Assembly (NCBI GenBank): GCA_964016885.1
Contig: OZ024744.1
Location: 71,486,001 to 71,550,000 of the forward strand
Direction of reading: 5' to 3'
Length of the DNA: 64,000 nucleotides
Origin: Eledone cirrhosa
Lineage: Eukaryota
The stretch's first letter is position 1, and every line of letters starts with the position of its first letter. A model generated the notes under the pieces. That model did no database searches. It was given only the letters and a program-made list of their open reading frames with translations, and was not told where the DNA came from. The position numbers and the translations under genes were made by a program. This document shows positions 12,956 to 26,987 of the stretch, piece after piece.

Positions 12956-13571
12956 GTGTATATACCGTAATTACATCTCTACCATGGTTTCGTTTGTATT
13001 TTGAGATATCCTATTATTAAGGACGAATCTAGAGTAATATACGATGATATTAAATAAATGGAAACTATATTTATAAAACCATATTTATTCTATTATATAT
13101 ATTTCAAGGCTCCCAAAACTTTGGTACGCTCTCATCAAAGTTTGTTTTATAAATATTGACATATCCAGGAAGAAGATCTTAATGGTTCAAGTTTTTCCTG
13201 GATAGTAAAAGAAAGAAGGAAAAGAGAAGAAAAGTCAAATATTTCAAATTATTAAGATGAGTATGCAAATGAGGTTGAAGTATAGGGCTGTAAAAATGTT
13301 AATTTTAGACGCTAGGTAGATTTAAATAATTATTAGGATATATGTATGTGTAGGAAGAAGAAAGAGAAAGAAATAAGAGCTTGTATTTACGTTAATTTAA
13401 AAAAGAATTAACAGTTTGTAGGAATGGTGGAATACGATTCCAGAATTAAAAAAAACCACCAGCTCTCTGTCTTACATTCTCCTTCTCTGTCTCCTCTCCC
13501 TCTCTCTATGTCTTTCTTTCAATCTACTCTCTCACAACCATTATATCTTTCTCTCTATATATATATCTTTG

Positions 13572-13755
13572 TTTATGAAGGCATCCGGAAAAACCCCATA
13601 TCTCGGGAACCCGTGCTTCGATTTACACGAAACTTGTTTTATTCCATTTGTATTCCCATTTCAGGGTCAACTTCCTTTCAAAGTATTTTCTCAATATGCA
13701 CCCTTTTGGCTGTATTACATTACAGAAAAGCAAGCAAGCAATCACAGACTTTTAG
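13572..13755 (+). repeat. Dispersed repeat, possibly a DNA-transposon/MITE end; reverse copy at 48040-48215
   Basis: High similarity between the two copies. Confidence 0.6.
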
Positions 13756-13947
13756 TAATATATAGATAGATTTTATCTTCAACTACGTCCTTGCATTTTT
13801 ACCTAAGTATAGTTATATTTAACCATCCTACATAATTTACCTCTACCCTTTATCACAACATATAATCTACAGCGCAATGGAGAATAATAATAATATTTTA
13901 TCTATCTATCACCAATATCATTATCGTTAGTGTTTAATTAACATTAT

Positions 13948-14080
13948 CTGGCCCTTTATGGCCTGAGTTCAAATCCCGCCGAGGTTAACTTTGCCTTTCA
14001 TCCTTACAGGGTCGATAAAATAAAGTACCAGTAATACACTGGGTAATTGCTGGCCTTGTGCCAAACGTAGAAACAATTAT
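13948..14080 (+). mobile_element. tRNA-derived SINE family 1, 5'-truncated
   Basis: B box plus core plus ggccttgtgccaaa.gtagaaacaatta tail. Confidence 0.8.
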
Positions 14081-14094
14081 CTGGTATACGTTTG

Positions 14095-14215
14095 TGAAGG
14101 CACGTAGCTTAGTGGTTAGAGAATTGGATTCGCAATCGTGATGTTCGAGTTCAATTTTCGGACCGGGTGATGCGTTGTGTCCTTGATCAAGATACTTTAT
14201 TTCCCGTTGCTCCTT
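14095..14215 (+). mobile_element. tRNA-derived SINE family 2
   Basis: tagcttagtggttaga A box, gagttcaatt B box, gttgtgtccttga.caagatacttta. Confidence 0.7.
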
Positions 14216-15659
14216 CTGCCAAGAGTTACGACTGGTAGATAGTATCAGCAATGGAAAGACCAATGGAAACATTGTTTCCTTCTTCCGTTCGATTTTACGA
14301 GATTCAACCCACTCGACTAGTGAATGAGGTCTGGGATCTTGTCGGTCGATTAGAGCGAGAGGGTATACGTTATACCATCGACTGACCGCTTGACAGCTTT
14401 CTGAGTAACACCCAAGACGCCAAAGTTAGGTTCTATACTTTGAATGCTTGGAATTAATAAATTAATATATGACTGTTCCCTCCCTTTATTATGTGATAAT
14501 TCTTGTTCATTAGTAACCTAGTGTTTTTTTTTTACTTTGAGGAGATAAGGAGAGCTGTTACATCAGCCTCGCGGGAACGCACGTCACATTCACTTTCCTT
14601 TCGCAATACAGACAGGGATCTTTGAATCACAGGTACAACTAATTTTTTCCAGTCGAGAGGACAGAAACAACGTGAAATAAAGCGTCCCCACGGACACAAC
14701 GTGTCAGCGGGAATGGATCTCATGGCATTACAGTGGTGAGCAAAACACCATAAACACTAAAACACACGCCTTCACACTATATAAATACAAAAGAGTTAAA
14801 AAGCCATAAATGTACTAAACCATTAACAATAGCAGCACTGTCGATGAATGAATGCTGTTTAATAGAGAGGGTTTTTTCTAAATTTTTTACCTTTCTCTCA
14901 AGTAAAAACACACATAATACCCTTCTTTCCTTCCCGCAAAAGCCTCTCCTATTTTATTATTTATTTATTTATTTATGTGACAATAGGTGAACAATAGCAT
15001 CATTTGTTACAGGCTTCCAACGGTTCAATTACTGGTTCACTGCATTTGTGATGACGAGAGTGACAAGAGAATGTCTATCTCAATGCAGAACAGCTAGGAT
15101 ATCTTAGGATAAGCTCCGTTATTTATCCCTTCAGGCAGTTTATCTTATTGAAATATTAATCTTTTATTAGTGTACAACTTTGAGTTAACCAGCAGAGGGG
15201 TAAATTGACGGAGCCATTAAAACTTATGACAAAATGCCTTGTCGTACGGTATTTTAGATCCAGCTTCTTGCACTTTAAGTTCAAATCTCCTCGAGCTCTA
15301 CTTTGCTTGTCATTCTCTCGGGGTCGATAAAATAAAATACAGCTCCAGAGCGGTAGATAGGCAGAATTTCTAGAGCATCGGACGTTTGTTTCGTATCTAT
15401 GTGTTAAGTTTTTGTGTAGTTGACGTAATCATTCGTGTGTTTTAACACCGCTATTTGTTCTCTGGGTGAATTTAGTCGATTCAATTTTGTTGTAAGTATT
15501 TGGGCCAGATCTTTGGTTTGAGCTAATCTTCCTACCTTCACTAAAACAGTTTCAAAGTTCTTTAAAATACATAAAGGATTAAGAGTGCTGCTCCATCCTC
15601 CTTGACTAAATCGTAAAAAAAAAATTTTAATAATCTATGCTTAGTTTGTCTAATTAAAA

Positions 15660-15849
15660 TAATTGTTTCTACTTTTGGCACAAGGCCAGCAATTACCCAG
15701 TGTATTACTGGTACCTTATTTTATCGACCCCGTAAGGATGAAAGGCAAAGTTAACCTCGACGGGATTTGAACTCAGAATGGCAAGGGCCGTAACTCTATG
15801 CGTCAAAGCATGGCGTCCGACCCTCTACCGATACTGCCAATCAACCGCC
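15660..15849 (-). mobile_element. Full-length tRNA-derived SINE family 1 (MetaSINE-like central core)
   Basis: Reverse complement: tggcagtatcgg A box, gagttcaaatccc B box, gcctttcatccttacggggtcgataaaataaggtaccag core. Confidence 0.85.
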
Positions 15850-15871
15850 AATTAAAATAATGATATTCAAC

Positions 15872-15963
15872 TATTGTTATACTTTGGGAGGGTCATATTG
15901 CCAATAAGAAACACACGCGTGTGTTTCTTATTGGCAACATGACCCTCCCAAAGTATAACAATA
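15872..15963. repeat. Near-perfect 92-bp palindrome; single-arm relative at 52630-52695
   Basis: tattgttatactttgggagggtcatattgccaataagaaacacacg followed by its reverse complement with 2 mismatches. Confidence 0.85.
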
Positions 15964-16487
15964 TCGGTTTCAACACACGATTTCAGATAAAGAATCTTGC
16001 TAAACAAATTCAGAAACGAGATATTCAACTAATTTCGAATTAATTTTAGGTAAGCATCATTCTTATTAAATTACAAATTAAAACAATGTTGTTTCTGATC
16101 GAGACGAAGCGAGAATGTATTTTAATACATATAAGAATGAGAAAAATCTACGCTAGAACAGCCGTTAAAACAGCTAAATGCTGTCAAAGACAACGATGGG
16201 CAAAATGCCTCAGAGGACAGAGACCAGTGACCAGTGGTCAACAGAGAGACAATCTACAGGGTGGGTGACAGGCAGATGAAATTTCCTTCTTCCAGTTACT
16301 TCTGTGCGCCAACCTCCTCTTTCAATCGTTTCTATATTTCATCTACTTGTCATCCACCTTGAGAATTGTCTCTCTGCTGACCACTGGCCGCTGGGCTCTG
16401 TCTTCTGAGGCATTTTTGCCCATCGCTGTCTTTGACAGCATTTAGCTGTTTTAACGGCTGTTCCAGCGATGAGTTATATATATATAT

Positions 16488-17000
16488 ATTAGGATTGGTG
16501 CTCCGAAATAGCGATGTATACATGAATGTATGTATAGTATATTTGGCTATATACCGTATGTTTAATTAAAAACATTTTGAAGACCTTACGCTATCGGTTT
16601 TAAAGTAGTGACTATGTCACTTACTTCTTTTCGGCGAAAGAAGGCAGAGAAGCTAACAGTCTGTTTCACGCTGGCTGGCGTTCATCAGAGCCACGCTATT
16701 TCAGAGCACCAATCCTAATACCTAATTTTTGCTGGACCGGCAATCGCTCTGTATAATCAGCTCTTGATTATTACTGAATTATTATAAGAATCCAACTTCT
16801 ATAATTTTCGGCAGAAGCAGGGAGTGCGTGGCCCTGATGATTGCCAAACAGCGTGAAACAGACTGTTAGCTTCTCTCCCTTCTTTCGCCGAAAAGAAGTA
16901 AGTGACATAATCACTATTTTAAAACCGATAGCGTATGGTCTTCAAAATGTTTTTTAATTAAACATATGGTATATTGCCAAATATGCTATACATACATTCA
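16488..17000. mobile_element. Fold-back hammerhead-bearing element (arms 16521-16696 / 16826-17000); third copy at 20281-20545
   Basis: Inverted arms, (TA)n on both sides. Confidence 0.75.
16651..16692 (-). ncRNA. Type I hammerhead ribozyme; paralogs at 16830-16871 (+) and 20408-20450 (-, core mutated)
   Basis: Reverse complement: ggct CTGATGA acgc cagcca gcgt GAAA cag a ctg TT agct. Confidence 0.75.
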
Positions 17001-17190
17001 TATATATATATATTTACGTGTGTTGTGTTGAGGCAAATAACTATGTGTATACTCTGGTAATGTATCTTACATTGCCCATTGAGTGCGCTGAGATACAACC
17101 GGTACTGGCATTGATAAATATGGTAGGTCCGTCAAACCTTATTATATATATATATAATATAATTGCAAACTTGACTGTCACCACATATTA

Positions 17191-17229
17191 TGAACCTGAA
17201 GATTGCGAAAGCATGAAAGTACTTGTTCA
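17191..17229 (+). ncRNA. Minimal type I hammerhead ribozyme
   Basis: tgaac CTGAAGA t tgc gaaa gca t GAAA gtac TT gttca; GNRA-capped stem II, palindromic stem III. Confidence 0.8.
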
Positions 17230-17397
17230 ATTAACACTTAGAATTTAATATTCTATCATACTATTTCATTATAATACCATTATATATTTTAAAGGATTGT
17301 AAATAAAACGAGTAAATCAGACAAAGTTGGAATTCCTCTTATTAATATAATCTTCTATACACAATCATACACAACCGTGTATATTTACCTATCTATC

Positions 17398-17430
<33 letters not shown>

Positions 17431-17494
17431 GTATATATATATGTAAGTATGTATGTATACGTACATACATATATGTATACAGACGTACAGTAGC

Positions 17495-17541
<47 letters not shown>

Positions 17542-17559
17542 CATGCAGGCAGATGGGTA

Positions 17560-17604
17560 AACGGTGCTGATGATAGCTAACAAGCTTGAAACTAGTACAT
17601 CGTT
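17560..17604 (+). ncRNA. Minimal type I hammerhead ribozyme
   Basis: aacggtg CTGATGA t agct aaca agct t GAAA ctag TA catcgtt; predicted cleavage after 17597. Confidence 0.85.
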
Positions 17605-17757
17605 CCTGTGTCAGTGTTGAACAAAAAGGTGACGTGGTTGCCTTAACACCGTATGGCATAAATTCAGGCTGTTCAGTTTGTTGACAAACGAACAAAGCAG
17701 CGTTATAATAAGCGTCTGCTAAACTGATGCGTGCATATATGTATGTGTACCTGCATG

Positions 17758-17828
<71 letters not shown>

Positions 17829-17945
17829 GCTACTGTACGTCTGTATACATATATGTATGTACGTATACATACATACTTACATTTAAGTAAGTGCCATACT
17901 AAGAGTGAGAAATGAAATTTCGTTTTTCGTTTTAATTTTTTTCAA

Positions 17946-18418
<473 letters not shown>

Positions 18419-19952
18419 TTCCTCTTTGACACTCCGCACCCACCATGCCCAGCTTGAGGTCCTTTCTCCACCAACTTCACACCCGTCTTAAACACTTCCT
18501 CACCCTCCTCCCACACCCTGCTATCTCCCTTCGGCCCTCCCACTCTCCTATCCCCTCTTCGCCAAAACCCGGCATTCCTCAGCCGCTGCCTCCACCTCCA
18601 CCTCATCCCCCATGGCTTCCGACTCCACTTCCACACCTCCCCCTTCGCTTCCCCCTCCACCCAACGCATCCTCACCCGCTCCTCGCGTCTCCTCATGCGC
18701 AACTCCCTCCGCTCCTCCCTCTCCACCATCCGCAACCTCAACCACAAACTCCCCCCCCCCATCCTCCTCCGCTTAACTCCGCATGCCACCCACTTCTCGC
18801 CCACTCCATCTTGCTCTTCATCAAAAACCTCAGCCACGACCTCTTCTCCTTCCTCACCTCCACCAAAGTCGATAAGCCCCACTTACTCCTCCCCCACCAC
18901 ATTCCACCAACACCCCATCCACACACATCCCACTAACACCTCCACTAATATACACACTAGACCCCCACACACACTGCCACCCTCTCCCTCAACCTTTCAC
19001 ACATACCCATCCTCTCCTCTGTCTACCGCACCTCCGCACACACATACACACATTCCAAACCACATACGTACCATCTCTAAAACCTGTCAGCCTCCTCCCT
19101 AGTTTGCCTGCTGTCACCTTCCTACTGTTATCTCTTTCCTCCCGCCCACCTCCTTCGCCCTTCCGTGACCCTCTGACCACTTCCTGTTGCGCGCGCACCC
19201 CACAACTCTCCACTTCCTCAATACTATACCAAGGATTTTACACCACCGGTCCACCGCTCCAATCATCCACCCTGTTGCACTCGGAATTTTCAACATCCGT
19301 TCCTACAGTCCGTGGATTAACATCCAGGAACATACACACACACAAACACACTATTTTCTCTCCACGCAACCATACATCCACACCACACAAAAACACACAC
19401 ATGCGTATCCTCACATAGACACACTCAACTCCGGACTCCCCCGCCCCCTCTGACCCCTCTCCATCTACACACACACACACCAACTTACGTTCCACCCCAT
19501 GTACACACCTGTCTCCCTATTACCCGAACATGGAACCGCTTTCTTCCCCCAACTTTCACATTCACATCCACACACGTAAACCTACACACATACACACACA
19601 CCACCTTCATCCCTCCCCGCTCGGACCTCCCGTCTCCCGTCTCCCTGCCCCCTCTTGCCCTTCGATCCACCCACCACTACCCCTACACGCCTCACACCCT
19701 TTCACCACTTGTTTCATTTTAATTTTTTTTACCCAATAAACATTTTTTTGTCCCTCCCCCCCCTTTAATGTCTTTTCACCACTCCCCCTCACACCCTCGG
19801 AACTCTTTTGCTGCCCACTTTTCTCCTGATGAAGGGCTTATTCCTGAAACGTCGTCCTCCACCCCCCACTCTCAAGCGTGAAACTAATATTAACATTTTG
19901 TGCTGCCTCTTCTCTTCCTCGTTGTTTTTTTTTTTGTTTTCTGTTTCAACTA
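18419..19952 (+). mobile_element. Internally deleted, C-rich non-autonomous PLE remnant between (TA)n tracts
   Basis: [20 protein letters not shown] resembles a PLE N-terminal motif; GIY-YIG-like remnant near 19140-19325; hammerhead core CTGATGA agg..cct GAAA cg TC at 19826-19853. Confidence 0.6.
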
Positions 19953-19954
19953 TA

Positions 19955-20071
<117 letters not shown>

Positions 20072-20143
20072 ATATATATATATTTATTAAAATAACAGAT
20101 TAAAGTTTAAGCAAAGAATCGCTGCTTTCAATTTTATTATTAT

Positions 20144-20284
<141 letters not shown>

Positions 20285-20688
20285 TGTATGTCTAGTATAT
20301 TTGGCAATATACCGTATGTTTAATTAAAAACATTTTGAAGACCATACGTTATCAGTTTTAAAATAGTGACTATGTCACTTACTTCTTTTCGGCGAAAGAA
20401 GGGAGAGCAGCTAACAGTCTGTTTCACGCTGTTTGGTGACCATCAGAGCCACGTACTCCCTGCTTCTGCCGAAAATTATAGAAGTTGGATTCTTATAATA
20501 ATTCATTAATAATGAAGAGCTGATTACACAGAGCGATTGCCGATATAACAAAGACAGTGTGGTAAGGAACCAGGTGGACCATAACGCACCAGAGTACTCG
20601 ATACTTAGGGTAGTAGAGTGGGTCATAAGAAAAGTGTCAGGACCCCGACGGCTGAGCTCTGGCCATTTCGACAGCTAGATCCGAACTG

Positions 20689-20729
<41 letters not shown>

Positions 20730-20730
20730 A

Positions 20731-20859
<129 letters not shown>

Positions 20860-21131
20860 CAAGAGTAAACCAATCTTAAATAGAGAGATAGAGATAGGAT
20901 AGGAGAGATTGGTGAAGGTATTAGAAGTCAAAACTTAAAAACGGGTGCTCGATGTGCAATATGCAGTGGAAAGCAGTTTGAAAACTGGAATTCATGCGGA
21001 GGTTAGGTGTACAGAGCTGGAAATATTCAGTAGTTAAGGAAATCAAGACCACAAACTCACATAGAAGATAATAATCAAAGAGTATCAACATTAAGTGCAG
21101 TTTAATATAAAAAAGAGAGGATAAGAATGTC

Positions 21132-21256
21132 AGTTTACAATTGTTTCACTACCCCATATAATATTTCTGGATCAATCGATGATAAGATCGTTATTGATTT
21201 GGTGCAGAGAAAGATAAGTAACATAAAATAATATTATGGAGCAGATCCTCGGAACT
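21132..21256 (-). ncRNA. Hammerhead-like motif with CCGAGGA core and long stem II
   Basis: Reverse complement: agtt CCGAGGA t ctgctccataatatt...aatattatatggggtag t GAAA caattg TA aact. Confidence 0.6.
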
Positions 21257-21578
21257 TGAGATGAGATAATGAGATTATTAATTTATATAAAGTAAAAATA
21301 AAAATAAAATAAGAGGTTTACCTGTCCTTAAAGAATCCTCAGATTAGCAGCTCCCTAGATAGGGTCCCTTGGCACTGAAGAATTAAAGTGTATGGTATAA
21401 AAAAACATTACATATCTGTCGAGGCTGAAAGTAAACAATGCCGCCTATCGCATAACAAGATAGCTTCTTATAGGAAAATTACCTTATTATATAGAGATGG
21501 GTTTCAAGGGAGGTAACCCCTTGAAGAGCCAAAGGCCCCAATGAGAGTTGTAACCAAGATAATGCAAGGGAGGTAGCT

Positions 21579-21698
<120 letters not shown>

Positions 21699-21755
21699 AA
21701 TCCAGAAATAGCCGTCGAAACGGCTTGAGCTCTGCCGTCGGGTTCATACTTTTTC

Positions 21756-22050
<295 letters not shown>

Positions 22051-22060
22051 AATCTGTTAT

Positions 22061-22089
<29 letters not shown>

Positions 22090-22091
<2 letters not shown>

Positions 22092-25000
22092 AAATAAAAT
22101 AAAATAAATAAGTCAAATGTTTAAAATTTGGCTTCGTTTATTACTGCTATATATATTTCGGTGACAGCCATCTTTGGCTGTGACCTCTTCAGTCAGTCTG
22201 AATTAGTGTGGTAGAGACGAGTACACATGTTGAGGTGTATAACTTTGTCAATACTTTGATATGCCCAGTTCCTGGTTGGGTTGTTGTTTCATTGAGGAAC
22301 TGGAATCATATAAATTTAAACAAACGAATTTCAGTGTCAGAGGACATCTCAAAAGTCTATAGAAATTCATTCTGAGGCAAGGCAATCTGTAGTGGTTTTT
22401 CCTTGTTATTGCTAAGTACATCTGACCTCTACTCTTATGTTGGTGGTGGTATTGATGTTAGAATCAGCTAAAAAAATGATAAAGTGGTAGAACGAATAAG
22501 GTGGTAGAGGAACCATATAAATAATCAAATAAAATGTGTGTGTGTTATACCCAATCTCAATGTTATAAACATTTGTAAGTTCACTCCTCCCATTGGTCAG
22601 TTTTGAGAGCATTCCTCAGTCAAAAGTCTATAGAAATTCTTTCTGAGGTTAGGTTCCCTGTAGTGTTTGTTTTTGCTATTGTTAGGTACATCTGACCTCT
22701 ACCCTTAATTTGGTAGTGTTGTTGGTGTTGTGGTCAGCCCATGTTTTGCTGCTGCTGATATTTATAAGTATCTGTGTGTGTTTCTTCATCCATCCTGCCA
22801 CCATCTCTCGTGGTGGTGGTGGTGGTAGAGGGGGGGGGGGTCTGCCATGTTTATGAAGAAATAGAAGGCAATAAGATGAAGAAAACAGAAAATAAATAAT
22901 GAATAGAAAATAAATGAAGAATTAATTAATGAAAAATGACAAATGACATGTAAAATGAAATGGAAATTGAAAAATGTAAAATGAAATATGAAAATGAAAA
23001 GTGGAAAATAGAAGTGAAGATTCAAATAAAATAAAATGTGTATGTTCTATAACCAATCTCAAGGTCAGAAAGATGTTGGATGAAGTGGTAGGAGGAACAA
23101 GATGGTAAAAGAATAAAACGAAATAAGATAATTAAATAAAAAGTGTGTGTGTTATAACCATTCTCAACTTAAATATAAGGCATAAATATAAGGCAATAAG
23201 GTGAAGAAAACAAAACAAATGAAAAATCAATGAAAAATCAATGAGAAATCAAGTAAAATAAAATGTGTGTGTGTTATAAAGATGTTGGCCAAATTAGAAA
23301 GGTTGTGTCAGAATCAATCTCTAGGCTATCATGGTGTCAGCTCAGCCGGGGTGGGTCCCTATGGCTTGAGGGGAGTTCTCAACCTATGGTGTTGTTACTG
23401 CCCATATAGCTTGAGGGAGGTCTGGCCGAGAGGTATCTACATGTTCTGGAGAAGCCCCTATAGCTTGAGGGGAGTTCATATCTCAGTGTATTGCTACTGT
23501 CCGTCCCGGCCCTGATGTCTCTGCATGTCCCGAAGAAGTCAGTTCTGAGGTTTATCAGGCGGCTCCACCTCTTAGTATCTCGAGGGTCTCGTTCAGACAT
23601 AGTTTGCATATGCCAGATCCCCCTTTATCGGGTGGTACCTTTCTGATTATGGACCAGGCTAGAGAGTACGGGGTCCTGTCCAGCTTCAGCTTCCAGATCA
23701 GGTCGGAGAGAGCCGTACTTTTCCTTTTGGCCTCCTTGTTGAAGGAATGGCGATGGTTATACCATAGGTCTTTAGAGATCGTTGATGTGGCTCCTATGTA
23801 GAGGTGTTCGGAGTTGGTGGTTTTAACCCTACATCCGTATATTAGGTTCTTCTTAAGGCATTCATTACTAAGGGGCATGTTTCGGGGTTTCTGCAGTTGC
23901 AGAGGGTGGTCGACCTCTCCGTGCCTAGTGTGGGGTTCCCGTTACGTGTTGCCTGGTGGTATTCTCCCGGGCACGGTGGGGGGTCCCCGGATCTGTTTGA
24001 GTTACTTGGGTGGGCACTGGGTCCCCCCTCCCCCCTTCCACATGGTTCTGCTGGGTGCTTATAATGCCATCTTCTGGTTGTGTGTTTTTTTTAAAGCCTA
24101 CTCCTGTTGATGCTAGCTATGTGTTGGGCCAGATTTCTCGTGGTGAAATACGAGAGCTTCACAGTGTGTCTGTTGAAGATCTTGTGGTATCTATGGTCCC
24201 ACGGGAAGCATTTATCAAGTGCTCCAAAGAATGATCGGGCCAAGCTGTTCTTTAGGGCCGCTGAGTAGGGTGGGTTGTACCACGTGATTTTTCTGCGTCT
24301 ACTCCAATATGGGTGGATTGGGGGCGTCGTGTGTTGTTGGAGAGTTGTCGGGTTGCTGATGGTTCCCGCATTGTTGCTTCCCCTTTGGGCGTTATGCGTT
24401 TTGCTATCTCCACGGCCCGAATCTGTTGGGTGGTCGTTGCCTGCGCTGTGGGATCCACTGTGGGGTGGTCCCCCGTTACCCCCCACGTGTCCTGCGGTTG
24501 GGGTCGTCGGGCCCGGGGTGGTTATCATCACCCCTGAGACTGCTACTCATATTGGGTTTCATCTCATGGTTAAGGGTACTTGTCACCATCGCCCGTGTGG
24601 TGGTGTCGGGCTCATGGTGCTTATTTGTTTCTGTTCTGCCTGTATTGTTAGGTTTCGCCTCTTCCCGGACAACGCGGGTGTGGGTGTCCGTTGGGCCATC
24701 CCCATCCGGGCGTTTCGGACTGTATGTTATATTTTGGCCATGTGCCGCCTTATTTAGAGCTGCGTTGTAATATTCCGCGTTGTTATCAAATATTCCTTAT
24801 TAGCGGACAGGCTGGAGATCCTGTCCGAGACACTCTTCACCACGGCCTTGATTATGGATCTAGGGTGGTTTGACTTAGAGTTAACATACACAAGTTTCTC
24901 GTTGGGCTTGTGGTAGGGGTAGTATTGCTCGGTGTTCAGGTTTAGAGTGGTGTCTAGGAAGTTAACTACCTTTCTATTCGGGTCTAGTTCGATACTGAGC

Positions 25001-26900
25001 CCCTGGTTCTTAAAGAAATGGCGAATACGCCTCCTCATTCCCTCCAACCTAGTGGTGCTGTGGTCATAGACTGTGAAGAGAGCATCGTCACGATATAATC
25101 CGCCGCCCAGGCAAGGGATTTCATCTTTTATCTGCTTCAGCAGGAAGAGCCCAACCAGGTCCGTTACCTGTGCTGAGTCGCTGGAGCCCGTCATGATGTC
25201 AAAGTTATTTGGCCAATCACTCCTGGTCCAAAGGTTTCCTTCAAAGTGGATTAAGGTCTTTCTTGCTGCGTGGATGATGCTCACCTCCTCTCGGGTTAGG
25301 TCCGTATTGGACATCGCTAAAAGTAGGGCCTTATTGAGTACTATGGGTGAGATTGAGGAGTAGTAGCCTGCGATATCCAGTTAGATAAAGCTGGTCTTAC
25401 TTTTCTTATGTAGTATCTTAAACTATTCTATTCCCTCTCCCGTGCATGACCATTGCTGTAATCTAGTTTTTTTCCGAAGCTTGGGCAACATCCTATCTAG
25501 TATTCTTTTACTGACGATCCCTAGGGCAGATCTGGAGGGGGATATTAGTCTGACAGGGAGGTCGGACTCAAAGTTTGGCTTGTGATCTTTAAGGGTAATC
25601 CGCGCCTTCCTTGGTTGGTATGGGGCCGTCCTGTCCTCTATGCTGAGTCCAGATATAATCTTGTAAGCTGTCGCATTGATCTCATCCAGGGTAAATCCAG
25701 GTGTTTTTTTGTAGCACTTCCTCAGTTCCCTGAAAATCAGCTTATTATACAGTTCAGTGTCCATTTTGTATAGGTTGTTGGTTTTGTCAGCATGGACAAG
25801 TATTCCAGTTGTCTCTTTAAGTACTGTTATCCGGTTTCTCAGGTGTCTGAGGTACTCCTGACTTCTGGGTGGGTTTCCTGAGAATTTGAGGTATGATATG
25901 ATGTTAATCATCTCCTTTTCAAACTCCTCCATTAGTCTGTTGTTCCATAGTGACTTAAGTCCGCTACTGTTTGAAGTGCTCAACCCGTGGAGGAGCTAGA
26001 TAAATTTTGAGTATATGTTGGTTGTGTACCAACACCTCAGTATGCAGATTGGAGCACTCGACGAAGTGCGAAGGTTGGTTTGGTTACTCCGGAGTAATGT
26101 AAAATAAAATAAAATAAATAAGTTAAATGTTTAAAATTTGGCTTCGTTTATTACTGCTATATATATTTCGGTGACAGCCATCTTTGGCTGTGACCTCTTC
26201 AAGGCAGTCCGAATTAGTGTGGTAGAGACGAGTACACATGTTGTTGAGGTGTATAACTTTCTCAGTAATCTGATATGCCCAGTTCCTGGTTGGGTTGTTG
26301 TTTCATTGAGGAATTGGAATCATGTGAATTTGTTTATTTGGTTCCTCTACCACCTTATTCCTTCTACCACTTTATCATTTTTTGAGCTGATTCTAACATC
26401 AACACCACCACCAACATAAGAGTAGAGGTCAGATGTACTTAGCAATAACAAGGAAAAACCACTACAGATTGCCTTGCCTCAGAATGAATTTCTATAGACT
26501 TTTGACTGAGGAATGTTTTCACAACTGACCAATGAGAGGAGAAGATGTCCTCTGGCGCTGAAATTCGTTTGTTTAAATTCATATGATTCCAGTTCCTCAA
26601 TGAAACAACAACCCAACCAGGAACTGGGCATATCAAAGTATTGACAAAGTTATACACCTCAACAACATGTGTACTCGTCTCTACCACACCAATTCGGACT
26701 GCCTTGAAGAGGCCACAGCCAAAGATGGCTGTCACCGAAATATATATAGCAGTAATAAACGAAGCCAAATTTTAAACATTTAACTTATTTATTTTATTTT
26801 ATTTTACATTACTCCGGAGTAACCAAACCAACCTTCGCACTTCGTCGAGTACTCCAACCTGCATACTGAGGTGTTGGTACACAACCAACATATACTCAAA

Positions 26901-26905
<5 letters not shown>
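22090..26905 (-). mobile_element. Near full-length Naiad-type PLE with 3' pLTR, upstream direct pLTR segment (26001-26325) and inverted pLTR (26345-26905)
   Basis: pLTR copies align; hammerheads at 22143-22197 (-), 26153-26208 (-), 26698-26753 (+); (TA)n flanks. Confidence 0.9.
23515..25983 (-). pseudogene. Disrupted PLE RT plus GIY-YIG ORF
   Basis: ADKTNNLY, ITLKDHKPNF, GSSDSAQVTDLVGL, GLYRDD, VNFLDTTLNL, WYNPPY, CNCR..CP, YIGAT, CKLCL; stops and frameshifts. Confidence 0.9.

Positions 26906-26987
<82 letters not shown>

Noticed and set aside
15660-15849. tRNA gene
   Set aside because: A/B boxes present but no cloverleaf; multicopy with shared core and tail, so a SINE
23515-23900. Selenocysteine recoding, reported for some Naiad elements
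   Set aside because: Conserved Cys positions in the three Naiad-type C-termini are ordinary Cys codons; the TGA at 23555 follows a frameshift
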